Below, one piece after another: positions 8,601 to 17,426 of a stretch of 64,000 bases of DNA. The stretch is from Chloroflexota bacterium (GTDB lineage: Bacteria; Chloroflexota; Anaerolineae; Aggregatilineales; Phototrophicaceae). Numbering within the stretch: position 1 is the first letter of the stretch; each line of letters opens with the position of its first letter. The notes under the pieces are model-generated. The model ran no database searches and was not told the origin of the DNA. It was given only the letters and a program-made list of their open reading frames with translations. Location of the stretch: contig WTGB01000028.1 in assembly GCA_011523735.1 (NCBI GenBank), positions 34,048-98,047 on the forward strand, given 5' to 3'. The position numbers and the translations under genes are program-made.

Positions 8601-11593
8601 TAGACGAAATCCGCCTTGCCATCGGCGGCGGTTGTCACGCTGCCCGTTGTGACTGGTATCTCTTGGACATCCCAAGTCCAGGCGATCGCGCCGGTATCCG
8701 GGTCTTGCTCTTGCAGGCTTATCCAGCGGCGTTCAAGCACCTCAATATCGACACGCTGGTTAGCTATGGGCTGGCTATTCCAATCAACCGCGATGAGTTT
8801 GATCCGGCTGTCTTCGCCGGCCCTGCTGACTGTGCTCTCCGCCCGCGCGCCGACATAGAGCAAAGCCTGATGCACAATCAGGTTTGCGCTGTCGTAAATC
8901 GTCTGACCAGCTTCATCCCGAATTGACGCCTCCACTCGCCACTGTTGGCTTCGCGGCTCGTCCGGCAAATCCCCGACGAGAGTGAAACTGGCGGTACCGT
9001 CTTGATCTGTGGTCATGCTGCCTTTGCTGATCAGGCGGTCGAAGCGGTAGCCTGCGGGTCCCAATTCATACACTTTGTGATCGACAAAATCATAGCGACC
9101 GTCGCCTGTATAGGTAAATTCATAGGGTCTTGAATACAGGGCATAATCGGCCATGGCATCCGACACTGGTCCGCCAAAGAAATATTTCCCTTCCAAGGCA
9201 AACGTGGCTGAAGCGCCTTGCACGATTTCAGGTTCCGCAGCAGAGAGCGTCACCTGATATTCCGGCAGGCGATACTCGGCGACCAGGAAGGTGATGCTGC
9301 CCCCTTCCCGAATGAATTCATCTTCCTGTGGCAGGCTTACTTCCAGGCTATAAGCGCCTAGCGAGGCCTCCGGGGCAATGTCGAAACTGCCATCGAAAGT
9401 GCCAAAGTCGCTCAGCGCCAGATCGCGCTGATATACGATTTCGCCCTGCGCGTCCCGGATTGTCACCGGCACATTCTCATGCGGCGCCGGCATGTATACG
9501 ACATCGTCTTTGCTGCGGACGATGCCGCGAAAATAGACTGGCTGCCCGGTGCGGTAAACTGGGCGATCGGTATAGAGATAAGTCTGATAGGTCCGCGGCG
9601 ACCAGGAAAAACGATAGCCGAAATTCCAGGGCTCGGTACCATTTGACCAATTGGCAAAGCCAATCCCAAAGTGCTTAGGCGTAGACAACACCGCAACAAA
9701 GGGCGAGTAGAGATCGCGGGTGAAGGGGATATCCACAATTGCGATGCCATCTTCGTCGGTCTTGCCTCTGCCGACCAGCTTACTATTCTCGCCATACACC
9801 GCTATGTCTTCGCCGCTGATCGGCTCCCCGGATTCCACATCGACCGCCCAAATCGTCAAGCGATCAGTCGCTTGCTTAACCGTTAGCACAGCTGTGGCGA
9901 TATTCAGAAAGTGTTTGTTTTGCCAGGCGAAGCGCTCCATGCCAGGCGATAACGCCTCGAGAAAATACACCCCTGGTTCCATGCCCGCGCCTTCCGGAGA
10001 CAAGGAAAGCAACTCATAGCGCACGATATTTTCCGGCATATCGGACTCGATTCGCCAGCGCTTGACAAGTTGATCAGCTCGCGGATGGAATGTCGTCGCC
10101 GGATCGTAATGCTCCTCTTGTGTGAGACGAGCAACAAAGTCTTCCAGCGGCACTCTGCTTAACGCGAGATCAACGTAGTCCAAGCCTCGATGATAAACAT
10201 AGAGTTGAGTCCGCTCACGGTAGGCATTGTAAAAGCCGACCGGACCCGGCACATTCAAACCAAGCTCAGGGGCGCGCGGTGCGGTCGTATAACTAAAGCT
10301 AAGCGGCTCGGCGATCGCGTTGCCGTATATATCTTCCATGCCCGGCGCGATGCGAACGGCATACGATGTGGAGGGCTGTGCGTCGAAGGAAACGGTATAA
10401 CTCTTGCTCCAATCGCTGAAATAGTAGCGTGGTGGCAGCTCCGGCTCGGGCTCAATCGTGATCCGATCAGGCAAGGTCTCGATGTTCATCGTCGATGCGA
10501 AGTACAGCGAGAATCCACCGCGATCCACATTCTCAGCGCCATCGACCGGCTCGGTCGACATGATGACAGGCGCAGGCACTGTGTTATAGCGCCAGGAACC
10601 ACCGGGCAAATTGCTGAATCGGAGCTCCGGCATCAGATCAGGAGAGAAGCCGGCTTCATAGGTCGAGTCCAATTGCAGGCGCTCACTTGGTGTAAAGACA
10701 AAACCTATGCCGTCGTCAGCCCATTCAAACTCGCCGCTTAGGCCGGCGCCGCTTTCGCCCGGCAGCGCCCGCAGGTAAAAGGCGCGTTCTATGACATTGC
10801 GGTCCAGCGCCTGATTAAAACGCAACTGTAATTTGGGCTCGAGGACCAAGTTAGCTGTACCCGGGGGCGGGTCAATAGAAAGGACCGTAGGCGCCGCGGT
10901 CTGGAACGTCCAGGAAAAGGCGCGCTGCTGAACCGCGCCGTCTATGGCTTTCAAGTCGATGTCGATAGTCGCCCTGTATGTGCTGTCGCTCTTCAGAGGC
11001 GTCGCGGGCTCAAACATGTAGAGCGCGCTGTTGATCCATTGTCCCTTGCCAGCAACTGAGGGAGACAGTTTCAGCGGCGGCGGCAAGTCTTCCGCATCCG
11101 TAGACAAAATCAGCGGCACGATGGGACGATCAAAGACGACAGTGATGGTCGAATCTGTGGCGACAGGTCCCGCTTCCGGGCTCGGCAAGACTTCCGCCAC
11201 TTTTAAGTAGCCAGTTGTCAGGTAACTCACGCGATAACGATCGAGCAGCTGCGCGCCATCTTTAGCTTGCAAAGGGGGAGTCAGCGCGAAAGTATATGTT
11301 GTCTCTCGCTGGTACTGGCCGAGGGGCGAAAAGGTCAAGCTGAATCCGTCACAGCTCAACTCGCCATCTATAGCCGGCATCCAACTAAAGACCGCCTCCG
11401 CTTCCTGGCAATCCACACGTCGATTGAAAAACAGGGTGATTGCCTGGTTGAGCGCGAGTGGGCTAATCGGCGCCGGTCGCGCGTCAAAGACTTGCAGGAG
11501 CGCCCTGCGGTTGCCTTGCGCGACATAGTGCGGAGCGCCACTCAGGACCAGAACAGTTAACAGCAGGAAAAGAAAAGCACACCGGCGGCGCAT
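5675..11593 (-). CDS. Bacterial alpha-2-macroglobulin family protein (1972 aa), secreted, thioester motif degenerate
   Basis: N-terminal signal peptide (MRRRCAFLFLLLTVLVLSGAPHYVAQG), long series of Ig/MG-like repeats, YWNPSVITDTNGEA..LPDNLTTWRL (A2M domain), then an alpha/alpha toroid TED region (QLANGGWSW, GYWGSPQENTW). The thioester position reads FSECNSSVVSRFLPNI. Confidence 0.85.
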   Translation of the reverse strand: MRRRCAFLFLLLTVLVLSGAPHYVAQGNRRALLQVFDARPAPISPLALNQAITLFFNRRVDCQEAEAVFSWMPAIDGELSCDGFSLTFSPLGQYQRETTYTFALTPPLQAKDGAQLLDRYRVSYLTTGYLKVAEVLPSPEAGPVATDSTITVVFDRPIVPLILSTDAEDLPPPLKLSPSVAGKGQWINSALYMFEPATPLKSDSTYRATIDIDLKAIDGAVQQRAFSWTFQTAAPTVLSIDPPPGTANLVLEPKLQLRFNQALDRNVIERAFYLRALPGESGAGLSGEFEWADDGIGFVFTPSERLQLDSTYEAGFSPDLMPELRFSNLPGGSWRYNTVPAPVIMSTEPVDGAENVDRGGFSLYFASTMNIETLPDRITIEPEPELPPRYYFSDWSKSYTVSFDAQPSTSYAVRIAPGMEDIYGNAIAEPLSFSYTTAPRAPELGLNVPGPVGFYNAYRERTQLYVYHRGLDYVDLALSRVPLEDFVARLTQEEHYDPATTFHPRADQLVKRWRIESDMPENIVRYELLSLSPEGAGMEPGVYFLEALSPGMERFAWQNKHFLNIATAVLTVKQATDRLTIWAVDVESGEPISGEDIAVYGENSKLVGRGKTDEDGIAIVDIPFTRDLYSPFVAVLSTPKHFGIGFANWSNGTEPWNFGYRFSWSPRTYQTYLYTDRPVYRTGQPVYFRGIVRSKDDVVYMPAPHENVPVTIRDAQGEIVYQRDLALSDFGTFDGSFDIAPEASLGAYSLEVSLPQEDEFIREGGSITFLVAEYRLPEYQVTLSAAEPEIVQGASATFALEGKYFFGGPVSDAMADYALYSRPYEFTYTGDGRYDFVDHKVYELGPAGYRFDRLISKGSMTTDQDGTASFTLVGDLPDEPRSQQWRVEASIRDEAGQTIYDSANLIVHQALLYVGARAESTVSRAGEDSRIKLIAVDWNSQPIANQRVDIEVLERRWISLQEQDPDTGAIAWTWDVQEIPVTTGSVTTAADGKADFVYVPPNGGIFKIIVTARDRAGNQARSATYAWVSSEDYVSWRQENNNSVQLVPDKTNYSVGERAKILVASPFQGRVEALISIERGDVLSAERIRLNSNSYIYEFEILPRHAPNIFVNVFLVKPLGENYDTASWRVGMTQLLVDIEQKALNIDISADTDVAAPQEHVEYHLRVTDYRGDPVVAELGIGLTDLAALSVAERNSEPLLESFYGPQELSVRTSSSLVVNADAFTARLSEQKGGGGGMFETGIVDLRGEFIDTAYWNPSVITDTNGEAAVAVRLPDNLTTWRLDARALTEGRDGRLLVGEQTFDLLSTRPLLIRPVTPRFLVVGDSVQLAAVVNNNTGQDIFVVVSLENADGLDLLAENDSVKELMIPAEGRQRVTWQVTVSDVAAVAPIFIVRSTDGAFADASISPVSIDDGGTLPVYRYDVRETAGTAGTLLQAGTRSEAVLLPRDVDVGAGRLDIRIDKSLAGVTNKSLTYLEEETLRFSECNSSVVSRFLPNIVSFRALKELGLSRPGLENKLDDLVSEGLQTLYARQLANGGWSWCSYPEADVLTSAYALIGLTVAERQGYPVDADIMRRAQRFLRRQLISPSLEVEQWRLNRQAFLLYALAESGAPDIARTTTLFESHERMNLDAIAFLAKTLHRINPTDDLRLDTLTQVMFNRAITRASGAFFEEVYEDRWNWSTDIRSTALVLNALIKLRPESELLPNIVRHLVTVREGRGYWGSPQENTWSIIALTNWMLFSGELNPDYIYSVAVNGVELLRNAALSDNVLAAEEISVAADDLEHHESNIVEFRRDEGAGALYYTAHLHLDIPVDRVEAIGNGIGVSRSYSLLDDASGSEVTDAAIGDAVQVRLQIAVPNTLRYVVIEDFFPAGAEAVNPDLAISPQRGAMPGGQHIDPREQGWGWWFFDHIEFHDERAVIYASMLPPGIYEYVYVIRPSIAGEFNVIPPVAQALYFPEVYGRGDGTRFIITE

Positions 11594-11674
11594 GGTATCT
11601 GCCTTTGGCTCTTAGTCGTCTCAACCTCAATTATAGAGCTTATCGAAGCGGAGAGCGCCTTAGCTAGCCGATGC

Positions 11675-12706
11675 TTAACCTATGTCCGCGCTGGATTCGG
11701 CGCTGACCGTCTGTAGAATCGCGAAGGCTTGGTGAGCGCGGTCGATCACATCACCCGCCGTGAACAGGCGCTTGAATTCCCTGAGTGATGCCAGCAGGTC
11801 TTTCTCCCCCAGTTCAGTCGCGAGGAAGATACGTTCACCGTAGTCGCTGAATTCCTGGATGACCCAGTCATATTTGTAGTAAGCCATAGCCAGCCAATTA
11901 ATGTCATCATCGCCGTACCCATCGAAGAATGCCTCTGTAAAGTCGTCATCGTGCCCGTCAAGAACGAAAAACATCAAGTCGCGTTCCTTCGGCGCGATCA
12001 CTGCTTCGTCCCAATCGACGATCCGAATGCTGTCACCCGCCTCGATGATGATGTTGGCGCTATGAATATCGGCATGGCAGAGCAGGAATTGCGGGGGCTG
12101 CGCCGCCAGTTTCGCGCCTAAGTCGATGTATCTTTGCCGGCAAAGTTCGATTTCAGCTTCTTGGTCTCGCCAGACTTGCGCCATAGCCGCCGCGACTTCC
12201 CCACGGTAGTCGGAGCCGGCGATGATCGCTTCCACCTTGCTCAGCGCGCTCAGCCATTTGACGCCAAAGACCTCGCGCGATACCGCATCTGTTATTGCGC
12301 GCCCGAGCGTAGCGCTGTGGATTCGGCGCATAATTTCACCCCACTGACGCGCCTGCGCCAAGGAAAGCGGCATGCCCCAGGCAGACTTGCCCTCGATGTA
12401 AGGATAAAGGATCAAATCGTACTGGTCGCCTGCGACGCGCAAGTCGCCTGAAACCGTAAGCAGCGGCGCCACCACTTGGTTTATGCCCATGCGCCGCAAT
12501 TCGTGGGGGGCGACCAAGGCCGCCTGTCGTGTACCGCCCTTCCGCAGCTTGAGGAAGCAATCGCCAGAATCGGCGTGAACGCGGTAGGCATAGGCGTGCT
12601 GATCGTTGCCAATCGGCAAGAATTCGAGCGCGCCGATCTTCAAACCATAGTTTGAGCCAAGCAACTCGATGATGACCTCGTCTGGCAGATTTGGCTTTTC
12701 CAGCAT
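11675..12706 (-). CDS. Aminoglycoside/choline-kinase-fold phosphotransferase (APH family)
   Basis: FLLCHADIHSANIIIEAGDSIRIVDWDEAVIAPKERDL contains the HxDxxxxN catalytic loop and the DWD metal-binding motif of the APH/ChoK kinase fold. The substrate cannot be inferred. Confidence 0.7.
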   Translation of the reverse strand: MLEKPNLPDEVIIELLGSNYGLKIGALEFLPIGNDQHAYAYRVHADSGDCFLKLRKGGTRQAALVAPHELRRMGINQVVAPLLTVSGDLRVAGDQYDLILYPYIEGKSAWGMPLSLAQARQWGEIMRRIHSATLGRAITDAVSREVFGVKWLSALSKVEAIIAGSDYRGEVAAAMAQVWRDQEAEIELCRQRYIDLGAKLAAQPPQFLLCHADIHSANIIIEAGDSIRIVDWDEAVIAPKERDLMFFVLDGHDDDFTEAFFDGYGDDDINWLAMAYYKYDWVIQEFSDYGERIFLATELGEKDLLASLREFKRLFTAGDVIDRAHQAFAILQTVSAESSADIG

Positions 12707-12947
12707 GTGCCTTCTTTTCCCATGAATGCGGTGCGTGTCTTCAGTTAACTGGCCGCCGCAGGATGCGACAATGATACTCGATCCCTACGATTTCAACGAT
12801 GGCCGCTTCTCTACAGTGATTGTAAAGGCTCTGCGAAAACTGGCTTAAGCGACCAATGACATTCGGCAAACGCGTCGTTTCGTGGTATATAATAGTTGCG
12901 AGTATGCGGACGAAACTCGCCAATCAAGTTGAGAGGCGCGGAAAACT

Positions 12948-13496
12948 GTGTCGAGCGTGAGCGTATTGCAGCAGCGCGTCCTGCTGCTTAACGGCAGCAC
13001 CTGGGAACCGCTTTCGGTGATCACGGTTCAGCGCGCCATCAATCTGCTCCTGGGTGGCAAGGCGATCGCTGTCGAGATGACGGGCCTTTACCTTAACACC
13101 GTGCGAAGCAAATTCGAGGTGCCGTCTGTCATCGCCTTGAAATCCTATGTGAATGTGCCGCGGCGTAAGTCTCACTGGAGCCGCAAGGGTGTGCTCGTGC
13201 GCGATGATTACACCTGCATCTACTGCGGCGTCAAACTTGGCGCCCAAGCCCGAGGCAGAATCCTGAGCAAGCGGGATTTCACAATCGATCATATCATCCC
13301 GCGCTGCAAAGGTGGCAAGGACACCTGGTCCAATACCGCCTGCGCCTGCGCCAAGTGCAACCACCGCAAGGGCAACCGACTGCACAATGTCGCCGGCATG
13401 CGGCTGCTCTGGGAACCTAAAACCCCACGGACCAGCTATCTAGTCATCGCGCTAGGTTCGGGTCCTGAAGTCTGGAAACGCTACGTCGAGATTTAG
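12948..13496 (+). CDS. HNH endonuclease family protein
   Basis: GTG start. YTCIYCGVKL...FTIDHIIPRCKGGKDTWSNTACACAKCNHRKGNRL is a complete HNH (CxxC...DH...N...CxxCN) motif. Confidence 0.8.
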   Translation: MSSVSVLQQRVLLLNGSTWEPLSVITVQRAINLLLGGKAIAVEMTGLYLNTVRSKFEVPSVIALKSYVNVPRRKSHWSRKGVLVRDDYTCIYCGVKLGAQARGRILSKRDFTIDHIIPRCKGGKDTWSNTACACAKCNHRKGNRLHNVAGMRLLWEPKTPRTSYLVIALGSGPEVWKRYVEI

Positions 13497-13615
13497 CGAC
13501 GGCCCGCTACCCTAGTATCCTTATACTGCGGCCGTCAATAAGACTTATCCGCTCATATTCCGTCAGCCGGTGATCGCTGCATAAAAGGGGCGGAACCCAA
13601 GTTAGGGAAATCTGG

Positions 13616-14248
13616 CTAGAGTAGACCAAGTGCCATCTGCGCGGTTTGCAGCAGGAGCGCAAGTCCCATATAAGCGAGAAAAACAGCGCAAGCCAGGTTA
13701 ATCCAACGAAAGAGCCGTTGGCTGAGGAGCCGTCTTCCAAATTCCACCAGGGTCGCGAAGAAGAAACACCAGCAGACTTGCGCGATCATGAAGCCGCTGA
13801 AGAAGACCAGGATATGAAGCGGTTCCGGATCAAGAAAACCTAAACCAACGATGACGCCGCTCATCCCCAGCCAAGCAGTGATATTTTGCGGATTGGACAG
13901 AGAGAGCATAGCGCCCGCAACAAAATGATTGCTGCGCTTGTTATCCGCAGCAGCAACTTCGACACCGGAGCGGGACGCCCGCCAAGCATCCCAAGCAAAG
14001 CGCAGAAGCAAGCCACAGCCGAAAAAGCCCAGCAAGAGCGTCACTAGCGGATTCTGAAACAAAATGGCGGCGCCGACCAACGCGATCAGCGCCCAGACGC
14101 CATCACCCACCAATGATCCCAATTCGACACGCAGCGCCGCGCCCCAGCCATGGGAGATGCCACGGCGCAATGCCTCGAAGCCGATGGGACCGGGCTGCAC
14201 GGCAAATGTGATCGCCATGACAAATGCAGAAATGAAGAGTACTTCCAT
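13616..14248 (-). CDS. LysE/RhtB-family amino-acid exporter
   Basis: ORF 13616..14389 trimmed to the ATG at 14248 (MEVLFISAFVMAITFAVQPGPIGFEALRRG...). Has the PGP motif near the N-terminus, LSLSNPQNITAWLG and about 6 TM segments. Confidence 0.75.
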   Translation of the reverse strand: MEVLFISAFVMAITFAVQPGPIGFEALRRGISHGWGAALRVELGSLVGDGVWALIALVGAAILFQNPLVTLLLGFFGCGLLLRFAWDAWRASRSGVEVAAADNKRSNHFVAGAMLSLSNPQNITAWLGMSGVIVGLGFLDPEPLHILVFFSGFMIAQVCWCFFFATLVEFGRRLLSQRLFRWINLACAVFLAYMGLALLLQTAQMALGLL

Positions 14249-14408
14249 CGGACGATACTCGTGAGCGTAGAAACTATATAAAGATGATAGTGAGTCAATT
14301 GCTCGATAAAAGGGATATATCCGCCAAGTCTTGCAACAGTGAATTGTACGAACTTGACAAGGCTGAGGAAATGTTATGGCAACTTTCACCAGAACAGCGC
14401 GGAACGGC

Positions 14409-15539
14409 CTACCATTCCATCAGGATAGCCGCTATCAGTGTGGCTTGGCGCGGAAGGCTATCGATAATCACATGTTCGTGGGTGGCATGAGCGCCATCGC
14501 CGTGCGCGCCCAAGCCGTCAAGCGTCGGTATTCCCATCGCGGCGGTGAAGTTGCCGTCGGAGCCGCCACCTGTGCCCGCTTCATATATCGTCACTCCATA
14601 GCGCTCGCCGATCGCGGCCGCCTTGTCGAACAGGTCCCGGCGCCGCTCCATCGGCGGGCGATGGTGTTGGCGAGTGCATGTCACTTTTGCGCCAGGCATC
14701 TTGGGATAGAGATCGGTTAACGCCGCATGTAAATCATGCATCGCTTCCATAGTCAGTACGCGGGTGTCTATCTGTGCCCGCACGAGAGCGGGGATAACAT
14801 TCCCGGCTGAACCGCCTTCAACGGTGGTGATCGATACCGATGTGCCATACTTGAGGTCGTTCAGCCGGTTGATTTCCAGGGCCTGCTGCGCGAACTCGAT
14901 AATTGCGTTGATGCCTTCTTGCGGCGCGATGCCAGCATGCGATGCCCGGCCCTCAATGACAAGCTCATACTTGCCGCCGCCCTTGCGCCAGGTCTTGATT
15001 GCGCCTTCTTTTGTCGCCGGCTCCATCACCAGCGCCAAGGCGCAATCGGCCGCCAGTTCTTTGATCAGCGCTTCACTATACGGGCTCCCGATCTCTTCGT
15101 CAGTCGTAATGAGCAGGTGAATCGGCCGATTAGGAAGTTGTCCTCGTTGGCACAGCGCTTGAATCGCCTCAAAGGCGATTATCGCTCCCGCTTTCATGTC
15201 CAGTGCTCCGGGACCAAAGTAGCGTCCGTCCTCGCAACAGACGGGCATTGTCGACAAGGCGCCGATTGGATGCACCGTATCAATGTGAATCATGAATAGA
15301 TATGGCATCCCCGGCGCATTCTTGTTCCACTTCGCCAACAAAAAGTCGCCAACTTCGGCTTGGGTAGTTCGCTGTACGGTATCGGCGCCAAGCGCATTGA
15401 GCTTTGCCTCCAAAAAATCAACTAACCGATCGACCTTGACTTTGTCGCGTGTGAAGGATTCCCGCTTCACCATCTCGGTCAAGAGGTCGAGCATTTCGCT
15501 CTGTCGCCCCCGAAAATATTCCAATAGCTCAAACATCAT
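14409..15539 (-). CDS. M20-family metallopeptidase (carboxypeptidase G2 / ArgE-DapE-like)
   Basis: Trimmed to the ATG at 15539 (MMFELLEYFRG...) because the longer ORF overlaps the upstream gene. Motifs IHIDTVHP, GALDMKAG, TTDEEIGS and GAHGDGAHATHEHV are M20 metal ligands. GGAAAGG lies upstream. Confidence 0.8.
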   Translation of the reverse strand: MMFELLEYFRGRQSEMLDLLTEMVKRESFTRDKVKVDRLVDFLEAKLNALGADTVQRTTQAEVGDFLLAKWNKNAPGMPYLFMIHIDTVHPIGALSTMPVCCEDGRYFGPGALDMKAGAIIAFEAIQALCQRGQLPNRPIHLLITTDEEIGSPYSEALIKELAADCALALVMEPATKEGAIKTWRKGGGKYELVIEGRASHAGIAPQEGINAIIEFAQQALEINRLNDLKYGTSVSITTVEGGSAGNVIPALVRAQIDTRVLTMEAMHDLHAALTDLYPKMPGAKVTCTRQHHRPPMERRRDLFDKAAAIGERYGVTIYEAGTGGGSDGNFTAAMGIPTLDGLGAHGDGAHATHEHVIIDSLPRQATLIAAILMEW

Positions 15540-15573
15540 CAATCTGCCTTTCCGCGCGCCGTCGGCACTTGGC

Positions 15574-16428
15574 CTATCCTGCGCCCAAATGACTTTGCAG
15601 CCATACAAACAGTTCATCTTCGAGGTCCGGCTGGACCTGTAACATGGACGCGCCCCGTCCCTCAGCAACGAGCGCAAAACGCGCCTCGCCCTGCGCTGCT
15701 TCCGCCAGCGCTGAAGCGGTGTGATAGGCTTCCGGGTCATTATTGCTGGCTGCCAGCCAAAGCGGCCGCGCCCCGTATGACGGCAGCATATTCAACAAGG
15801 TGTCGCGCGAAAGCGGACTGAGCAGCGCCAGCGCATCACAGAGGGAATTGACGGCACAACCCAATAATGCCAGGTCAGCCGCCCGGCCCGCGCCGATGAC
15901 AGCAATCACACCTGCATCGACGCCCGGCAAGGCGATCAGCGACTGCAACATCGCCTCGACCTGCCCCGCTTGCGTACTGCCACCGGTCTGCAAGACCAGC
16001 GTGACAAATCCATTTTGAGATAGTCTGGACGGCAGGTTTCCCCAGGCGCTTATGTCTTCGCCGAGCAGCAGCGCACCGGGCTGTCGCAGCCCATCAGCTT
16101 GATACAACTCGCCACTGATTGATGTGTTAGCGTCCAGCAGGACTGTCACACGACGCTCTGAATCACCGATTGGCACGGGCGGCAGCACAGCGCCCGCGGG
16201 AAAGGACGCGAGACTGAGACTGGTTTCGCCGATGACGCGCTTGTCCTCGCCATACAATTCATCCGAGCTCACTATCTGAATCGTCGGCACGGGGTTAGAT
16301 CGCGGCGCGTAGGTGGCTGCTGGCACGGCGGTGGACCTGGCGCCAGCAGGCAAGCGACAGCCGACCAAAAGTATCGTGACAAGCAAGGCGCCAAAGAGAT
16401 TTCGCCCGGGATGAAGATACTTCCGCAT
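15574..16428 (-). CDS. Putative lipoprotein with a dienelactone-hydrolase-like alpha/beta region (probably non-catalytic)
   Basis: Trimmed to the ATG at 16428. The signal peptide ends in the lipobox LLVGC. The C-terminal half resembles the alpha/beta-hydrolase fold, but the nucleophile-elbow position reads IGAGRAAD (no Ser). The function call is weak. Confidence 0.5.
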   Translation of the reverse strand: MRKYLHPGRNLFGALLVTILLVGCRLPAGARSTAVPAATYAPRSNPVPTIQIVSSDELYGEDKRVIGETSLSLASFPAGAVLPPVPIGDSERRVTVLLDANTSISGELYQADGLRQPGALLLGEDISAWGNLPSRLSQNGFVTLVLQTGGSTQAGQVEAMLQSLIALPGVDAGVIAVIGAGRAADLALLGCAVNSLCDALALLSPLSRDTLLNMLPSYGARPLWLAASNNDPEAYHTASALAEAAQGEARFALVAEGRGASMLQVQPDLEDELFVWLQSHLGAG

Positions 16429-16450
16429 GAGGCCGCGCAAAATTGGCGCG

Positions 16451-17224
16451 TCAAATGCCGACTGCATGTACGATCATCCGCTCGCTCTCAGCATCGTATG
16501 GGGCGCCTTCCGTATCGCCCTGGACGGAACGCAGAGCGAATCCACAGCGCTCCAGCAGCAGGCGCAGCTCCGGCAGGAAGAAATAACGCAGTCGATGCGG
16601 CGCAATTAGACGCCTGACCACGCCCTTGCCATCAATCTCATCGTATATCCATTCTACACCGAGGACCTGTCGCGCCCGGTCAAGATAGCTGACCGACTGC
16701 AGCATGATCAAGTGGCCCGTATCGGGATCCAGAAAGCTGCGCTCAAGGTTTAGCGCGTCACTGTCTTCCGAGGCAAAGGCCGGACCAGCATTTGGCAAGT
16801 CGATTACCAGAAGGCCGTCAGCAGCGAGGCAGCCCCGCAGATTCCGCAACAAAGCAATCTGCTCGTCCAATTCATGGAAGTGCATCAATACATTGTAGGT
16901 CAGCAGGATCAAGCCGAAATCGCAGGACCATTGATGAGTCAGGACATCGCCGTATACGTAAGTAATATACTCGCGAAGCTGTGGCAGCAAGTTCAGTTTG
17001 AGTTCCAGTCGGTCCAACATCGCGCGGTCCTTTTCGATGCCATGCGCCGAACGTCCCGCACCCGCCAGATGAATTAACACCCGCCCGGTGCCGCAGCCTA
17101 CATCGAGGATACCGCCGGCAGTCTCCGCCGCCAGCTTGCTGTACATAGCGAGATCATCAGTTTTGTCGCTGTTCTCAGCATCGTAGAAGCGCGCTACTGC
17201 CCCATAAAACGCGGACATCCTCAA
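16451..17224 (-). CDS. Class I SAM-dependent methyltransferase
   Basis: ILDVGCGTGRVLIHLA (motif I), then GDVL and ADGLLVIDLPN, typical of Methyltransf_11/25-like enzymes. Confidence 0.8.
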   Translation of the reverse strand: MRMSAFYGAVARFYDAENSDKTDDLAMYSKLAAETAGGILDVGCGTGRVLIHLAGAGRSAHGIEKDRAMLDRLELKLNLLPQLREYITYVYGDVLTHQWSCDFGLILLTYNVLMHFHELDEQIALLRNLRGCLAADGLLVIDLPNAGPAFASEDSDALNLERSFLDPDTGHLIMLQSVSYLDRARQVLGVEWIYDEIDGKGVVRRLIAPHRLRYFFLPELRLLLERCGFALRSVQGDTEGAPYDAESERMIVHAVGI

Positions 17225-17321
17225 CCCCTGGAATTACTCAGACACAAGACCGCAATTTGCACAATGTGATGCCTTCCAGTTTAGATGGATAAGGGAATTA
17301 ACGATACGCCTGAAGCGATTC

Positions 17322-17357
17322 GAATTGCTCCCGAATTGAGATAATTGTACGACAATT
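17322..17357 (+). promoter_or_regulatory. Candidate response-regulator binding array: three direct (G/T)AATTG repeats plus one inverted copy
   Basis: AATTG occurs at 17323, 17334 and 17343 (spacing 11 and 9 nt). The last copy is part of the palindrome AATTGT-acg-ACAATT (17343..17357). The array lies 70-105 nt upstream of the ATG at 17427. Confidence 0.3.
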
Positions 17358-17426
17358 CATCACTAATCTGCGGGTAATGAGGAATATCCCTCAGCAAATC
17401 AGCAGAGTTCAGAAAGAGGTGTAGAC

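Noticed and set aside
13498-13536. GACGGCC / GGCCGTC inverted repeat between the convergent HNH and LysE genes as a bidirectional terminator
   Set aside because: The stem is only 7 bp with a 25-nt loop and no flanking T/A tracts. This is too weak to call.
15540-15740. N-terminal extensions proposed by the ORF track (M20 peptidase here; likewise nuoJ 761..823, LysE 14249..14389, lipoprotein 16429..16467, Mrr 26604..26675, RR 18923..18943, GT-C2 60864..60965, nrdJ 47969..48037, DUF218 50673..50714)
   Set aside because: The extensions are Arg-rich or motif-free, overlap the upstream gene, and precede an internal ATG that gives the family-typical N-terminus, often with an RBS or stop/start coupling. 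I trimmed the calls accordingly.
15574-16428. Calling the lipoprotein an active dienelactone hydrolase/esterase
   Set aside because: The position expected for the GxSxG nucleophile reads GAGRA, and I could not identify a catalytic triad. I kept only a fold-level, low-confidence description.
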